64,000 bases of DNA, taken from NCBI GenBank assembly GCA_964106915.2, contig OZ066914.1. The stretch is one strand, 5' to 3'. Below, piece by piece: positions 37,940 to 52,246 of this stretch. The DNA comes from Podarcis gaigeae (lineage: Eukaryota). Both the position numbers and the translations under genes were made by a program. The notes under the pieces are model-generated. The model searched no databases, was not told the DNA's origin, and saw only the letters and a list, made by a program, of their open reading frames with translations. Each line of letters opens with the position of its first letter. The stretch's first letter is position 1.

Positions 37940-38250
37940 CCTGGACTTTTGATATAGGGCAACTTCCTTTCTAGAGGAGGAAAGTCATGGTGGAATCATG
38001 GTGGAGCAACTGCAGGCATGCCTAGAGGATATCGATTTTCTAGACCCTTCCCCGTCTAGGTTCAGGCCTGGTTATGGGATGAATCACCCTTGGGTCATTC
38101 AAAGGATTACCTTTATTAAGAGCAGGACACAGAAAGTATGACCATTCTCCTCCTTCTATGGTTTTTGATAGTACTGACAATGGCATCCTCTTGGACTACT
38201 CTACAAAATTAGTACAGGAGGGACTGCACTGCAGGGTCCAGAGAGCAGGT
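37940..38250 (+). mobile_element. Decayed L2-type reverse transcriptase fragment
   Basis: TTTCTAGACCCTTCCCCGTCTAGGTTCAGGCCTGGTTATGGG reads as degenerate FLDP.QSGFRPGYG. A downstream FD..D.GILL-like motif is also present. Confidence 0.6.
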
Positions 38251-38776
38251 TTATGACCCTCTGCCCAATATTTCTATTTAGCCAGAAAGGAACTTTTAAG
38301 AATGCCACATGATGTTTGCCTTGCTTCCAAAAGATAGAAGTCCTTTAGACTGTCTGGGCATAGGTTGTGGAACTCCTTCCCTATTACTATTAAGCAATAA
38401 CAATTGGTGCTTTGTTTCAGATTCCTGCTTAAGACTCTTCTGTTTGCACAGGCCTTTTCTGATGTATGGCTCAGTTACTGGTTATTGTGCATTGCAGCCA
38501 ATATATTTGCTGAATACTTTATAGGGGGAGGGAAACACAGCAGCAATTTAGGATGGAATCATCTAGATTAGGGAACAGGGCTTAGGGACTCCTCCCCAGC
38601 ACTGATGCTCTGACCAAATTCAGAGTTCTATGCCTGTGTTTAAAAAAACGGGTTGCTGCTGTTTCTAAGAAAAGATTGGTAGATCCAGTCACATATCATG
38701 CATGGCATGGTCCTTTCTGTTGCTGTACTTGTAAATTATGTGTACAACATTTTAAAAACTTGCTAAGTTGTCCAAG

Positions 38777-39130
38777 GGGGACGCGGGTGGCGCTGTGGGT
38801 TAAAGCCTCAGCACCTAGGGCTTGCCGATCAAAAGGTCGGTGGTTCGAATCCCCGCGGCGGGGTGCGCTCCCGTTGCTCGGTCCCAGCGCCTGCCAACCT
38901 AGCAGTTCGAAAGCACCGCCAGGTGCAAGTAGATAAATAGGGACCGCTTACTGGCGGGAAGGTAAACGGCGTTTCCGTGTGCACCAGATGCAGCTTGTCA
39001 CGCTGGCCACGTGACCCAGAAGTGTCTCCGGACAGCGCTGGCCCCTGGCCTCTTAAGTGAGATGGGCGCACAACCCCAGAGTCTGTCAAGACTGGCCTGT
39101 ACGGGCAGGGGTACCTTTACCCTTTACCTT
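38777..39130 (+). mobile_element. Sauria SINE, full length, 13-bp TSD
   Basis: CpG-rich head GGGGACGCGGGTGGCGCTGTGG and (ACCTTT)n tail. TSD TAAGTTGTCCAAG at 38764-38776 and 39131-39143. Confidence 0.94.
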
Positions 39131-40335
39131 TAAGTTGTCCAAGACATCAGGGCTGGGGAAGTGGGATAATTTTTTGTGAAGGACTTTTGTGGCACTCTGA
39201 TGGCTCACACACACCAAATAACACTAATGATATACTACCATTTCCATTACTAAAAGATGAAATTGTGCTACTGCTGCTTCATCACCGCCTGTTTATAGGA
39301 CAATAAAAATGCAATGGTTTCCTATGGGGTTAGTTTAATCACTATATAGTACAAATAACAAAATGTGTATTTGGGAAACCTCAGTGCAACGAAACCTAGT
39401 TGTTGACACATTGAGAGTTCAAGTTCAAACTGCACAGGCAATAAAGATGGGTGAAGCAAATTGATATAACAGATATTTAGAGGAAATCGTGAAATGCTGT
39501 TCCCTTAGCTCACAACACATAATACAATACAACTAAGGCATTAGGAGAAAAAAGAAAGGTGAAGTGCTTGGTTCACTTTTTAATTCTTCCCCTTAACCAG
39601 CTCTAAAGTCCAAGCGAATTTAACAGGCTTTTAAAATATACTGATGCGATTAACTTGAACCAAACCATAGTGCATACTTCAGAGAGCCGGGGGGGGGGGG
39701 GGATAAGGAGGGGCATACCCAAATCTGTCAAATCTAAATAACATTGAGCTTTCAGGGTAGAAGGGAAGACTGCAGGGGTTGGGAGCAGCAACAAAATTTG
39801 AATTCCTCAAAGCCTCTTTAGATTTGTGAAAAACAAGCACTTCAAACCTTTTTCAAATGTCCCCAAATACTAGGTATGCTAAATATTCTCCAAGAAGTAT
39901 CTCAGAATACCATCTGTAATATTCAACAGGGATGCAGTATTTTCTCTTGTAAACACTATGCTTTTCAAATGTACTGTACAATATAACATTTGAAAGCAAA
40001 GCATGCCTCGTTATTTGCACTTTACTCCCAAATATTAACTGTGCTCTGGGTTTTTCAAATGTGTTTCATAGCATAGTTTTTCCTCAGAAACACACAAAAC
40101 CTACTAGTCAAATGAGGGCATTTACAGCTCAGGCAATCAATGCCTGGCACAAAAATAAGAGATTACTGATGCAACACTTCTGCCTTTATCTGTAGTTTGC
40201 TTATCCTTTTCTAAAACAGAACAAAAGCAGCCCTTGACTATTTCTAGCATTTTAAAACAAATCCCTGCCTACTGATTAAGACAACTTCATTTCATCATTA
40301 GGTAATATAGTGAATTTTTAAGAAACCCTACTTAC

Positions 40336-40404
40336 CGGTACTGCCAGCCTGTGACAAGATTTGTGTATTTCATTAAATAGCCCGATATATTTTCCATGTG
40401 GTCA
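40336..40404 (-). CDS. OSBPL11: OSBPL11 coding exon 2 (PH domain start; absent from the ORF track)
   Basis: 69 nt, cacAG|T..CG|GTaagt. Encodes (S)DHMENISGYLMKYTNLVTGWQY(R). Confidence 0.96.
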
Positions 40405-41160
40405 CTGTGACAAATATAAGAACAAAGTCCATCAGAAAAAGAGTAATAATGACAATGAAAACATTTCACGTAGAAGTTCTGCAATTTCATATTTGCAGCC
40501 TAAATCTTCTTCCAATAACTTTATTTTTAGAAGCTGACTCTAAGTCAGCATTAATGTCAAATGACTCTGAAACAGAGACTGCTGCAAGTGCTTGGTCTTC
40601 TCCTTGTCTTTGCAGTGTGGATTCAGAACAGGAGATGCTTTACACCTACTACGCAGATTAAGGGGAGCCAATTCCAGCATTACTGACACAGAAACCACTT
40701 TGAATCTGCATTAAAATTACGCAGCACCTCTCATTTATAAAGCTTCAACATTAAGATTAAATTACTCAACACACTTAAGGTTTCTAATTTCCCCCAAGAT
40801 TACGTCTGGGCTCTTGGACAACTTTTCACTATGAAAATCGTTCTTAACTAAGGCTAAAAAGAACAGGCTTAACAGAATGGAGTTAAGCAAATCCATCACT
40901 GGGCACTAGTAATTAAGTAAAGAGTTGTTTTCATTTCCAAACTCACTGTTCTTGGAACCTCTAAGTGCACATTATAAATCATAACTCTCATTGGAAAATG
41001 GAATATTTGGTGCAATTCCAAAAATCTAAAAGAAAGCTCTGAAACCCTGCCATGGTTCAGAAGATCATAGGCTTGTTTACATGCTGCACTGAACACAGAT
41101 GCAAGCAATCTTTACATATGTCCAAGTGTTTGTGCAAGCGTGTGCACTTCCTAATTGATA

Positions 41161-41514
41161 AAGGTAAAGGTAAAGGTAAAGGGACCCCTGACCATTAGGT
41201 CCAGTCGTGACTGACTCTGGGGTTGCGGCGCTCATCTCGCTTTATTAGCTGAGGGAGCTGGCGTACAGCTTCTGGGTCATGTGGCCAGCATGACTAAACC
41301 GCTTCTGGCAAACCAGAGCAGTGCACGGAAATGCCGTTTACCTTCCTGCCAGAGCGGTACCTATTTATCTACTTGCACTTTGAGGTGCTTTCGAACTGCT
41401 AGGTTGGCAGGAGCAGAGACTGAGCAACGGGAGCTCACCCCGTCGCGGGGATTTGAACCGCCAACCTTCTGATCAGCAAGTCCTAGGCTCTGTGGTTTAA
41501 CCCACAGCGCCACC
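41161..41514 (-). mobile_element. Sauria SINE
   Basis: (AAAGGT)n tail at left and CCCACAGCGCCACC head at right. No clear TSD. Confidence 0.92.
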
Positions 41515-44500
41515 TATACGGCTCAACTAATCTGTATAGGCTGTGCACTCATTAAATGTTAAATGTGAATGTCTGTAGAAGTGTACATATCAACTCTTTG
41601 TGTATACAGATCATACACTTGTTGAATGTAACATCTGAACACCCTTCATATCTTAGCTTAATAAAGTCAGTTCACTAGGTGCAAATAGTCAAAAGCTGCT
41701 ACCTCTCTCTGTCTCGGTCTCTGTCTCTCTCTCTCACACACACACACACCTCTCCCTCCCTCTCTCTGCCTAAGTGCATTTCTCCCTCACACAAACCACA
41801 TATTCAAATATACCTCCCCCCTCAGACACTACACACATATATATCCATCTCTGTGCCCAACTGTGTAATTCTTAAAACGCACAGTCCTTTCATGGGGTGA
41901 AGCAAGTGCCTTCTGTAAGCCACTCAGAGTGGCTGGGAAAACCCACCCAATGGGCAGGGTATACCGGTAAATAATAATATCATTATTATTGAAATTATTA
42001 TTTTTATTCTGCCAGTTCTAGGTAGGCAACAAACAAGCAAAGAGGATGGGCCACTAGGCAAGCAAGGAAGTCATCCCTACCATTTCCCCCCCCCCAATCC
42101 TTGCAGACCAACCAAATCCAAGGTGGCAGGCCCTCCCAGCTCAACCCTGCCCCCCACCCGCAAATATGGAGGGTTACCAAGCTGGCAGTCGTGGGTGCCA
42201 TGGTGCCTGGAAGAACCAGGGAAGGCCTTCTGCATTGGTTATCCCCAATTTAAAGAGTGTGCCTGGGCCACTAATAAATGGGCCCCAGCACCTACACCAG
42301 ACGCCCTCCTCCCTTTAGACACTGGATTCCCAGTTAGTATCAGCTCCACCATCTATTCTATATATAGTTTGTTCTTCAGCCCAATGGGCTGCTAAAACAT
42401 TGTTCCTAACTGAATCCGCTGTAAAGGAAACATACTGCTGTGTAATGCAAGTATATGGACATGTTACTGCCATCCTTTTGGCAATCTTTTCCAGCAAGTC
42501 CACATGGACACTCAACATAAGAGGACAGAATGAAACCCTGACATGCCAGCACAGAATTACCGAAGAGTGGAAGAACAATCCCTGATCCACCTATGAGACT
42601 TGCCCAATCAAAAAGGAGAGTTCCACTTCTGGGTTCCTAACCCCAGTCAGATCCTATAACTGGCCCACCAAGTTGGGTTGATGTAACTCTGAAGTGATAT
42701 TTCCAGCCCTGGTTAAAGTACATCAAACAATCAAACTGGAAAATCTACCATTCAATGAATCTCATGCTGTACTGGGAAGTTGTCAAGGTAAAGCAATGCT
42801 TCTCCGTGGTCACTTGGGAGAAAAGCAGCCCTGCATGCCTAAACACCAGGAATAAATATTTTAAAACCTATAGAAACTCTAAAAGACCTATAAAAATCCA
42901 AAATCAGCATATCCCATACAGCTAAGGGCACAGCGATATTCTACTAGGCACAGCCTTATTAAGCAAGTCAGCACTGCTGGGTGCCTATTTCATGTGCAAA
43001 ACACAGAACCTGCCCTAGATGCAAGCTGAACTGAAGCATTTACTAAATATAATGACCTATTTTTCATTTAGAATCCTACATCAAAGTGCCTTCCTTTAGA
43101 ACTGCAGACACAGGGTGTGTGAATAATTGAAATAGCATAAAAGAATCAGAAACGTTACTCAATTCAAGGGTGAGAAAGAGCAACACATCTTATACTGGCG
43201 CAAACTGCCAATATTTTTAAAGTGTTGGATGGCACAGAACGTGGTGTCTAGTACTTTTTCTCAAATTACATCAACATAGAACTACCTTGCCACAATTTGT
43301 AAAGGTGAATTGCCGCAAGTTGTAGTTCAGAGGCTTGACTCTTTTAACAGAAACTATGGCAACAAAAGAATTAAGCCAAATCCATGATGAAAAACTTGAC
43401 GAGTTACAGACAGAAAATATAGTAAAGATGAATGAGTGCGTGAATCAGTGGCTGCCTCAGCAGAGTAATCAGGCATGTATATCATAAATCAGGTGGCTAT
43501 GGTATTAAAATCTGGCTCCTATAAAATGCTTGTTGCAACGTGGAGAAAGATAGATATTCCTTTGACCATCTTTTCTCTTTTACTACATAATAATTCTGGA
43601 ACAGGAGATTAAGATTTAATCATATTAGTTTTGATGATTTAGTCAATGAAATTGACCATTTTATATATGGACATAGATCAGCCATAGTGGTGTAAGCATT
43701 AGGGAAAATACAAAAAAAGTCTCTTGGTATCCCAATTCAAGCTTTGGTAACTGGTGAATTGGACTATTGAAATGCATGGGCTACCCATGAGGCTGATTTG
43801 GAAACTGCAGCTAATATAGAATTCTGCAGCCTGGTTTTTCCTTATGGAGTAGTGAGACTAGTAATTTGGAACAATACTTTTATTGAAATCAGACAGCCAC
43901 CAGTTTTGTTGCCTACTGAAAACACTTTTGTCAAAAACTTTTAGAGAATAATTTTGACCAAGTGTTGGTCATTTCTTCCATATTTTGTTATCTTTATAAT
44001 TTTACAGTGTTTTCATGATTCTGATGTACACCTCTATGGTTTTCAATGAGTTGGCAATGAGTTGTGTGTGTATGTGTGTGTGTGATAAAAATACACATTA
44101 CTCTTGTCCATTAGGCCCTTGTATATGACAAAAAGCTTCATTCCATTGTTGTTTCTGGCGTTTTTCACCAGTTTCTTTCTTTGCCCTTCCCACTTGCTGA
44201 AGAAAGTCTCTTTCCAAAAGGCTAGAGGAAATATTTCTAGCCATCAAGGTCTAACAAAAAAAAAAAATTAACCACATATTCTTTGCTGAGTGATTGGCTG
44301 CTGATCACAGTGAATGAGCTGAACTTGTAACAGCATCTCTGTCTGTCTGTCTGTCTGTCTGCAATCAACCCAAATGACATGGAACACAAGAGATTCTATC
44401 CAACATGGCACTACATTTAATCCTTACATCAGTGCAAGGATTTCTAATTGCACAATGGAACCTTCTCCCATGCACCCCCTAGATTTGTTCCATGTGTTCC

Positions 44501-47500
44501 CTGAACACTCCTGAAAAATTTAAGGAGGGTACAAGGCATACAGTGAGGGAGGGGGAAAAGGGAGAAGGTCCCAATGTGCAAGAAGAAATCCTTGACGGGA
44601 AAGGTTAGTTGAATGTTACCCATTATGTTCCAGCTTCCTCTGGTTCAGCAAAAGCATTACTTTTACTAATACTATATTAATTTACCGTAATTATGTACCA
44701 GCAAGGTAGGCAAACAACAGTATGTATAAGAAGAAAACGCACTGGCTATGAAAGTCACCTCCAGGAATGTTAATGTGTCCCAAACTTTGATTTTAAATGC
44801 AAGCAAGAAGTAGCGCTATCCTGATTGACATTCACAATACAAATCATTCTGTGCTACTGTTCAAGAGCACTTCTTAGTTAAATACCCAGTATCTGAAGAA
44901 AAGAAAGTCATTTTTGTCCAGCATCTACAGGAGAAACATTTAGCTTAAGAACCACTTAAAAGAGTTAATGCACTGCTGCCTCCCTGAAATGTTGGGAAAC
45001 ACAAGAGTCTCTGCTTAGATTCTGCTTCTGTTTACCCTGTAAACACAACACCACAAAATCTCAGCAAATGTGTAATGCCCCCCACACCACCTATTGTTTT
45101 TTTCATGAGGTCACGTAGGGACTTCCTGCACTCACCAAAACACTCATCCCACCCCTTTACCTGTTAACTTGCCCCTGCAGGAGGGGAGAGGAGTACAAAA
45201 CAGGCAGTAACCACAAGCAAATAAGACTTGGCCAGTCTAAAACAGATTTTCAAAAACTGCCGTAAGAAAAATCTCAAGACTGGCAAGCTGTCCTTTAAGC
45301 ATCCCCAACTGTAACAGGCAAAAACAAGATAGGTTGTTTACTTCAGGTCCAAGAAAAGTGGACTGAAGCTCCAGAAAAGGAAAGGAGCACAGCCCACTGG
45401 CCCAGGTGATGCTTATCTATCTTTAGAAAACCAAACTTATAATGGGGAAAAAACAAGTTGCTTTGCTGTGCTGATGCCCCAAGCTTAGTGTGAAGAGTGG
45501 GGAGGACTTGCACCTAACTGGGAGAGATGAGGGCATGAGATAACTCTGCCACTGGTCCTGAGAGAGGAACAGTCAGGGGTGCGAGAAGAAGAGATCAGGG
45601 AAACTTTCGTGCTTCCCTTGGCAACTGTCCATATCTCACATTTTAAAACCCATTGATCTAATGCAATGAACCTTACAAAACAGCTCTGTTCTAAAACAGT
45701 ACAACTTATTTATATCACAGGCAGGAAATGCAGTATTAGATCCTCTACAGAGCACTGTGAGGATAGGGAACAGAGCCCACAACACCATGATTTTGCAACA
45801 CAAAACTACTTATTTGTGGCAGTTCCAGTTGCTAAACCCTGCTGCTTAGCCTGCATCAAAATCAAATCAAGTGAACTAGCTCTCTCTCTGAAATTAAAGT
45901 GCTTAAAATGAGGAGCTACACTCCCTACTCACTGCTGAGAAGTCTAGAACAAGCAAACAGTTCACAATCAATTTGCAGTTCTGAAACAAATCGCTCACAT
46001 GTCTGGCCAACGTGCACCACTTAGAAAGTAGCTCTCCTATCAGTCTCTGAAACCTACCTTTGAAGGGTCTTTGAAGAAAAAGCATAGAAAAGCAGAACAA
46101 GCCCATAAAGAAAGGCTCATTTCCTCTCAGCTAGAAAGTGAAACATGTTTTTAAGCAGAGGTTGTAAGCCTTAGTGCTGAAGGTCTGTTTCTAGCCCCTT
46201 TTACGTATCCAACTCCTCCTGCCCTGCCCAGAATGCGTTAGTTAGTGTCTGTAGATAAGAAGCATGTGTCTATATCCTCATGACCAAGTTAAGAGTCTTG
46301 TATGCTTCCACTTACTTTGGCACAACAGTCAACAACCCTCATTGACTTGCTATCTAAGGCATGTTTTAAATTCTGAACTGAGCAGCGTGAAGTGTTGAGA
46401 TAACCGAAGGCCACTTCAAAATGGCTCAATGAAGTAGCAGTTTCAGGACTTGATCTGAACTAGAACTCAGTTACAGCATTCACTCCTGAAATATATCACA
46501 CACAATATCAGTACATGCCTGCAGCTCAGGGAATGAAACCCCTCAGACCTGGTAACTCCAAAGGCTGCAGCACATATTATGTGTGGCAGATGAACATTTA
46601 TTACCCTGTGTACAGGCAGTGGAAAAGAACAGACAGTTTCACCTTTCTAGTGCACACACCACATTTGTGTGTGTGTATACACAGAACATTTAGGCTGCTG
46701 TCTTGGGAGCAACTCAGTGGAAGTTAGTTCTAAGTAAGTATAGACAGGATTTCACTACTAATGTGTGAAGCTGCCCTTTTTTCTACTTTCAATTGTACCG
46801 TGTGGCCATATTTTTCAAAAGCTGAAAATCTGAAGTTGTACTAAGGAAACACATTTCACATTCAGAAGAGATTATTCAAATGTAGTTCTTGTAGAGAGAC
46901 TGAAAAGAATGCCAGCTAGTGATAAAGCTAAACTGACGTTCAGTAACAAGAATGAATTCTAAGGATGATACTCCAGGTCAGCTCTTAGCCCCTCAGTTCC
47001 TAAAAGTTCTTCTTCAAGAAACAGGATGCTGTCACCTTCTCTTGGAGACTAGGACTTTGCGTGTTGTTAAACAATGTTCTCCAGGCATATGGGATGATTA
47101 AAGAGAAACACACCCATCCCCCATGAAACTATTCTGTTGAAATCCTAAGCACTTAAGACATGGAAGAGAAGGAATGGAATTTTCCACATCTTATAAATGG
47201 GCCCAACCAATTTGTTTGCATCCCACAGTTGGAACTATGACACAGGGAACCAGCACAAAGGCAACTCCCAGAACAGAGGTGAATCCAGTCAAGGTCAGGC
47301 ACATGAGCTGGAGTTGTTGACCAACAGGAGCCAAGACAAAGTACATAGAGAAAGAGAGATCTTTGGGAGCTGTTGTACCAGCAAAGGTCAGTCAGAGACT
47401 GAGATGCTAGTACAGATAGATAAACTCCTTCCTGATCAGCAGCTGACTGCATGATACACCTGATGCCTCCTCCTCTTGAGTAGGCTTGTCCTTCTGAAGC

Positions 47501-47639
47501 TACCTTGCAATCACTCCTTTGTCAATTCATTACCTACCACAGGGCTTGCCTTCATCTTAGTTCATGGGAGTTCGGCATGAAGGGGAAAGAGCCTGGGTCC
47601 ATTTTACATGTGGTGCAGCAGCTCATCAGGGGCTCCAAG

Positions 47640-47850
47640 AGAGTCAGTGTGGTGTAAGAGTATTGGACTATGACTTGGAACACCAGGGTTCAAATCCCCA
47701 CTCAGCCCTGAAGCTCGCTGTGTGACCTTAGGCCAGTCTCCATTACTTACCATAACCTACGTCACAAGGTTGTTGTGAGGCTGAAATGTGGAGGAGGAGA
47801 ACTATGTACACCATCTTGAGGTTTTTGGAAGATAAAAGTGGTACATACAT
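47640..47850 (+). mobile_element. CORE/MIR-like SINE
   Basis: B-box GGTTCAAATCCC, then GTGTGACCTTAGGCCAGTC and GTTGTTGTGAGG core motifs. Confidence 0.65.
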
Positions 47851-49185
47851 TTAACTAACTAACTAACTAATTAATAAGGTGTCCTCATTACCTGGAGAGT
47901 TGGGTTGTTTAGGGCACCCTTCAAGTGTGCTGGGGCTTTCTGCAGGGTCCAAAGCCACTTGCTCAAATAAATATGCACATTTTTGTTATTTTTATTTGGT
48001 TGAAAGTTGAAAAAGAAATAAAGAAGGTGTATTGTACGAGACCACAAGGTAGTAAGACTTGGTTTTTTCAGAGTGATGAGAACAAATTGGACAATGCTCA
48101 GGGTAACCCATGAAGACAATGTGCAGCATTTATAGTTACCATTACTGAGTATAATTTCTAAGAGAATTGTAGTTCAGCACCACAGTAACTTAAAGGTTGG
48201 CTTCAACCATAATTCCAAGAGTCCATGAGCTTCCAAAATCATGAAGCCAGATCACCCACTTACTTACTTACTTGCTCGCTAGTAGTTTGAATCTTCTATT
48301 TATTTCTTATATTTATATCCTGCCTTTCTTCCCAAGAAGAACCCAAGCTACAAATTTCCTCCAGGAGCCACAGCCAATTTCCGCAGCACTGAGTGGCTGA
48401 GAGTGCCTCACTAATCACTATTTAGTCCAAGGCTGTAGTCTGAAAGACATTTACTTTTAAAGTAAAAATGCATAGGATCTGGCTCTAAGTGCAACTGATG
48501 TTCACTATTCAGCCTCAGTCTCTTGCCTTTGGGAAGTGGGTCGTCCATGTACAGTACTTGTTGCTGAATCCATACTGGAGGAGACAGCACCAAGGACTTC
48601 TCATCTCTAGAACAGGTGTCTGAAGCCACCAAGTAAGCAGATCAGTAACAATGCTGCTTCCCTAGTGCAGGCAAGTCCAAAAGACAAACAAACAACACTG
48701 CGCAATCTTTTCGGCTAACTCATGGCTGTCTGATCAGATGCCAGTGTGACAGATCTTGTCTATCAGTTCAGATTTTCAAGCCCCGAAGGTCATCCCAGCA
48801 ACTGTCAGTCAGAGCATTACAAATCTCAGGGGGTCCTCATCTGCAGGTGTCCATTACTCATTATTTATATGGCAGTGTACATTCACATCATGCTTCACAG
48901 ACAGTTCCCCTTGTTTTGCTACTTAAAAGCAGGCTGCAGCCTTGTCAGAAAAATATATATATATTCACATCGTTGAACACACAAGTCAATTTATTAAAGT
49001 TTATACCCCACTAACCCAAAAAGGTTCTCATGAATTTAGTACAATGCAGTAAGAAATAGTGTTTCTGTGGAGACTTGGAATGGTAGAAAGATGTAAGTAC
49101 TCAGAGACATGAAAGGAGGAGAGGTCACTGCTTTGGAAGGGCAAGTCTGAAGGAACACAGACATAAAAATAGAACAGGGGAGTTC

Positions 49186-49189
<4 letters not shown>

Positions 49190-49229
<40 letters not shown>
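49190..49229. repeat. (GA)n microsatellite
   Basis: About 20 GA units. Confidence 0.97.
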
Positions 49230-49232
<3 letters not shown>

Positions 49233-50839
49233 AATGTTAGGTAATGTAAAAGCACACACGGTTGCATGGGAAGGGGTTGGAAAAGCTCATATGAACAACT
49301 TGGACTCCATACATTAAAGCACTGGAGGAAGCCTCCCTGTAATGACAGCTGTCTTCTTCTTATGAAGCTAAGATTCAGATCAAAGTTATTTGAGAAAAGT
49401 TAGCCTCTAACTTTAAAATACCAATATTGGTTCTAGCTGTGTCACTTTAAAGCAACTAAACGGAAACTTGATTTTCAGGAAGTACGATCTTAAGTAGGGC
49501 GCCCATAAATCATTACAGAAGCACTGCAACCAAAAAATCCACAAGATGGAAACATAAGAAAAAGGTGGGTGAAGGTATCCCAGTGATTAGCAGCTCACTT
49601 ACTGATGTCACAATCCAGCCCACTACCCAATTATGAGCTGTTTTCAGAGACATAGGACAACATGAATGAATAAGCTGAAGAGCTGGCCAGAAGAAAGGCA
49701 GCAGAGGAAAAGCAAACATGCCTGGCTCAGCACAGAATCACCAGGTAAGTGTTTTAAAGCAGAAAGAACAAGGAATAAGAAACCTTAAAGACTTACACAG
49801 ATTGTGGCATAAGCTTTCGTTTGCCAGAGCCCACTTGGTCAGATTGTTAAAGCAATCATCTTAAGAAACACCGTGGAAAAAATAAACAGGTCATGGTAAT
49901 AGGTTCAAGCTCATTTTGAAGCTCCCAGCTGAGAATGAGAAACTGGTGCAAAGGTTAAAGTACACTGGGTAGGATACTATCTACATCAGATAAACTAATA
50001 TGCTACAGGCTCTGTGCCCTAACAAGATCAGTCTCAGCAGCTCAACAACTAAAAATTCTTTATTATTTGGAACATGAGGTGCCTACGAACTGAACTTGGG
50101 GAACCAGTCAGAATCAAATGCCTTTCGCAAGTGGAAGCCAAGAGGAGTTTGTCAAAATAAAAATCAGAACAGAACATTGTACGTGAGGGAAGATATACAA
50201 AATAAAATAGGAAAGGAGGAAAGGAAAGGCTGGGATTTTTGAAAGCATCAGAGAAAACTAGCCATTAACAAATTACGCAAACAAACCACCTTACTCATCA
50301 GAACAGCAGACACTTTCAATTTAATGGAAGCTCTGGCAAAATGTCAACAGTCTAATCTCCATTAGGTCAATTATTACTACCTATAGAATTCTAATGCACC
50401 GTCCAATACCCTAATATGAAAAAACGCAGGGTTAAAAACTGGGAAAGATTCAACAACTGTATTAAGGAAACCAATATCCCGATTTTCATTTTCATGACTT
50501 GCAACCTTAAAAAAGACACAGTGCCACCCACTTATGAAGGGCTAAACCACACATGTGATTTTGCCCAGAGCACATTGTAAGTATTATACAAATACACTCT
50601 TTGACCCCACAGTCATTTCCAGTAGCCCAATCACTCTAAAGTGAGCTAATGTACCCAATCTGCCTTTCCCTATTTTACTTTTGAGTCAGGTTTGCAAGAA
50701 TCCAACAGTATCAACTTAAACTGCAAGTTGATACACAGTGGGGCAAACAATCGCATTTTTAAATTTACACTAACTGATGGGATCTGAACTGGGAAAGAGA
50801 TATTTGGGTTCAGATGGATAGTGCAATGATAGCACCAGC

Positions 50840-51330
50840 TGTGCAGCAGTAAAAGAGGCAAAGTATCTAGGCATCATTAGGAAAAAGTCTGAAAATACAA
50901 CACTTAGTATCATAATGCCCCAATATAAATCTATGGTGCAGTCAGATTGGGAAAACCATGTACCGCTGTAGTCACCCCATTTCCCAAAATGGACAGTGCA
51001 GAGCTGAAAAATGGCTTTGCTAAGAAGAAATACTAAAGCATTGGGGGCTTTTTAGTTTAGGGAAGAAAGACAAGCAAGGGCAAGGAGGAACACTCAAGAA
51101 ATGTATCAAATAATTAATGATATAGAGAAAATGGAGAGAGATAAATCTTTCTCCATCTTTCATAATACTGGAACACATGGGAAGTCAATGAGATTGATGG
51201 GCAGTAGGTTCCGGACAGAGAGAAACAAGTACTTATTCATGTAACGTTTACAGTATAAATCTTTGGAATTCGCTCTCAAGATGTGGTCATGGCCTCTGGC
51301 TTATACGGATTCATGGAGGACCAGCCCATT
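50840..51330 (+). mobile_element. Old CR1-clade LINE ORF2 3' fragment
   Basis: Degenerate motifs corresponding to KKA..LG.I, IMP.YKSMV, LGLFSL.KR and T.TRGHSM.L.G.RFRT. Confidence 0.55.
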
Positions 51331-52246
51331 ACCAAGCTACTGCCTGTAGCGCAACTGAACTTCCAGGTTTAGAAACAATATACCAAGTTGCAAGAGGGCA
51401 TAGATACAACAGGAGTGGGGAACAGGTATTGCTTTCATGTCCTCCTTGCAGCATTCCTAGAAGCTTCTGACTGGCCTAGCCGTGTGACCCAGCAGGACTC
51501 TTAACGACCTTAACATTGCCTTTCTCTTTTTACTGTCCCAACAGACAAATGTTATGCTACGTAGTTATGTTGGTGCCTAGAATTTCCAAACATTTTAAAA
51601 CTACCCATGCCTATCTGCTTCTAACTTCATTTAGCTCATTGAAGTTTCTGAGTGTTCTGTAGAAAAGTACTGTCCAAAAATAGTGGCACTATGGAGTCAC
51701 ACCACAGATCTAAGATGATGCCCCAGGATGACAAATTAGTCCCAAGTTCAAAATGAAACAAAAGTTGAAAATCATGTTACATGCACACAGTATTCGCCTG
51801 GTCAAGTTACAGATGACATCCTTTGATATTTGGTACATACTGAATGTTTAGAACTTAACTATTTCTTTGTGCAATCTCCTGGCACTCCCATTTTACTTGC
51901 CAAAGAAGATGCCTACAATTTAGGGATTTTTTAATCAAGAGTTTGAAATGGCTTAAGTTGGTGTGTACAGCATCTAGCTTTCACACCCACATAACCTGTG
52001 AAGTACAGGCTTAGGGAAGATAATCTAACCTGGTATGTGATGAAATGCCAGAACAGAGAGAGTATTATAGCATTTGTGGCTATATAACAACACTGTTAAG
52101 ACTCAGCATCAGGAATGAAGAGTCTTTTCTTTAATCTGGGAGTCATATCGATAATTTAAAAAGCAGCCAGCAATCTTACACATGTCCTGTCATCTGTCCC
52201 TTTCCCCATTCCTCATAGACAAACAGAACTGTAGTGCATTATCCCT

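Noticed and set aside
49742-49750. Perfect + strand donor CAGGTAAGT suggesting an antisense transcript
   Set aside because: An isolated motif can occur by chance, and there is no supporting acceptor, promoter or ORF.
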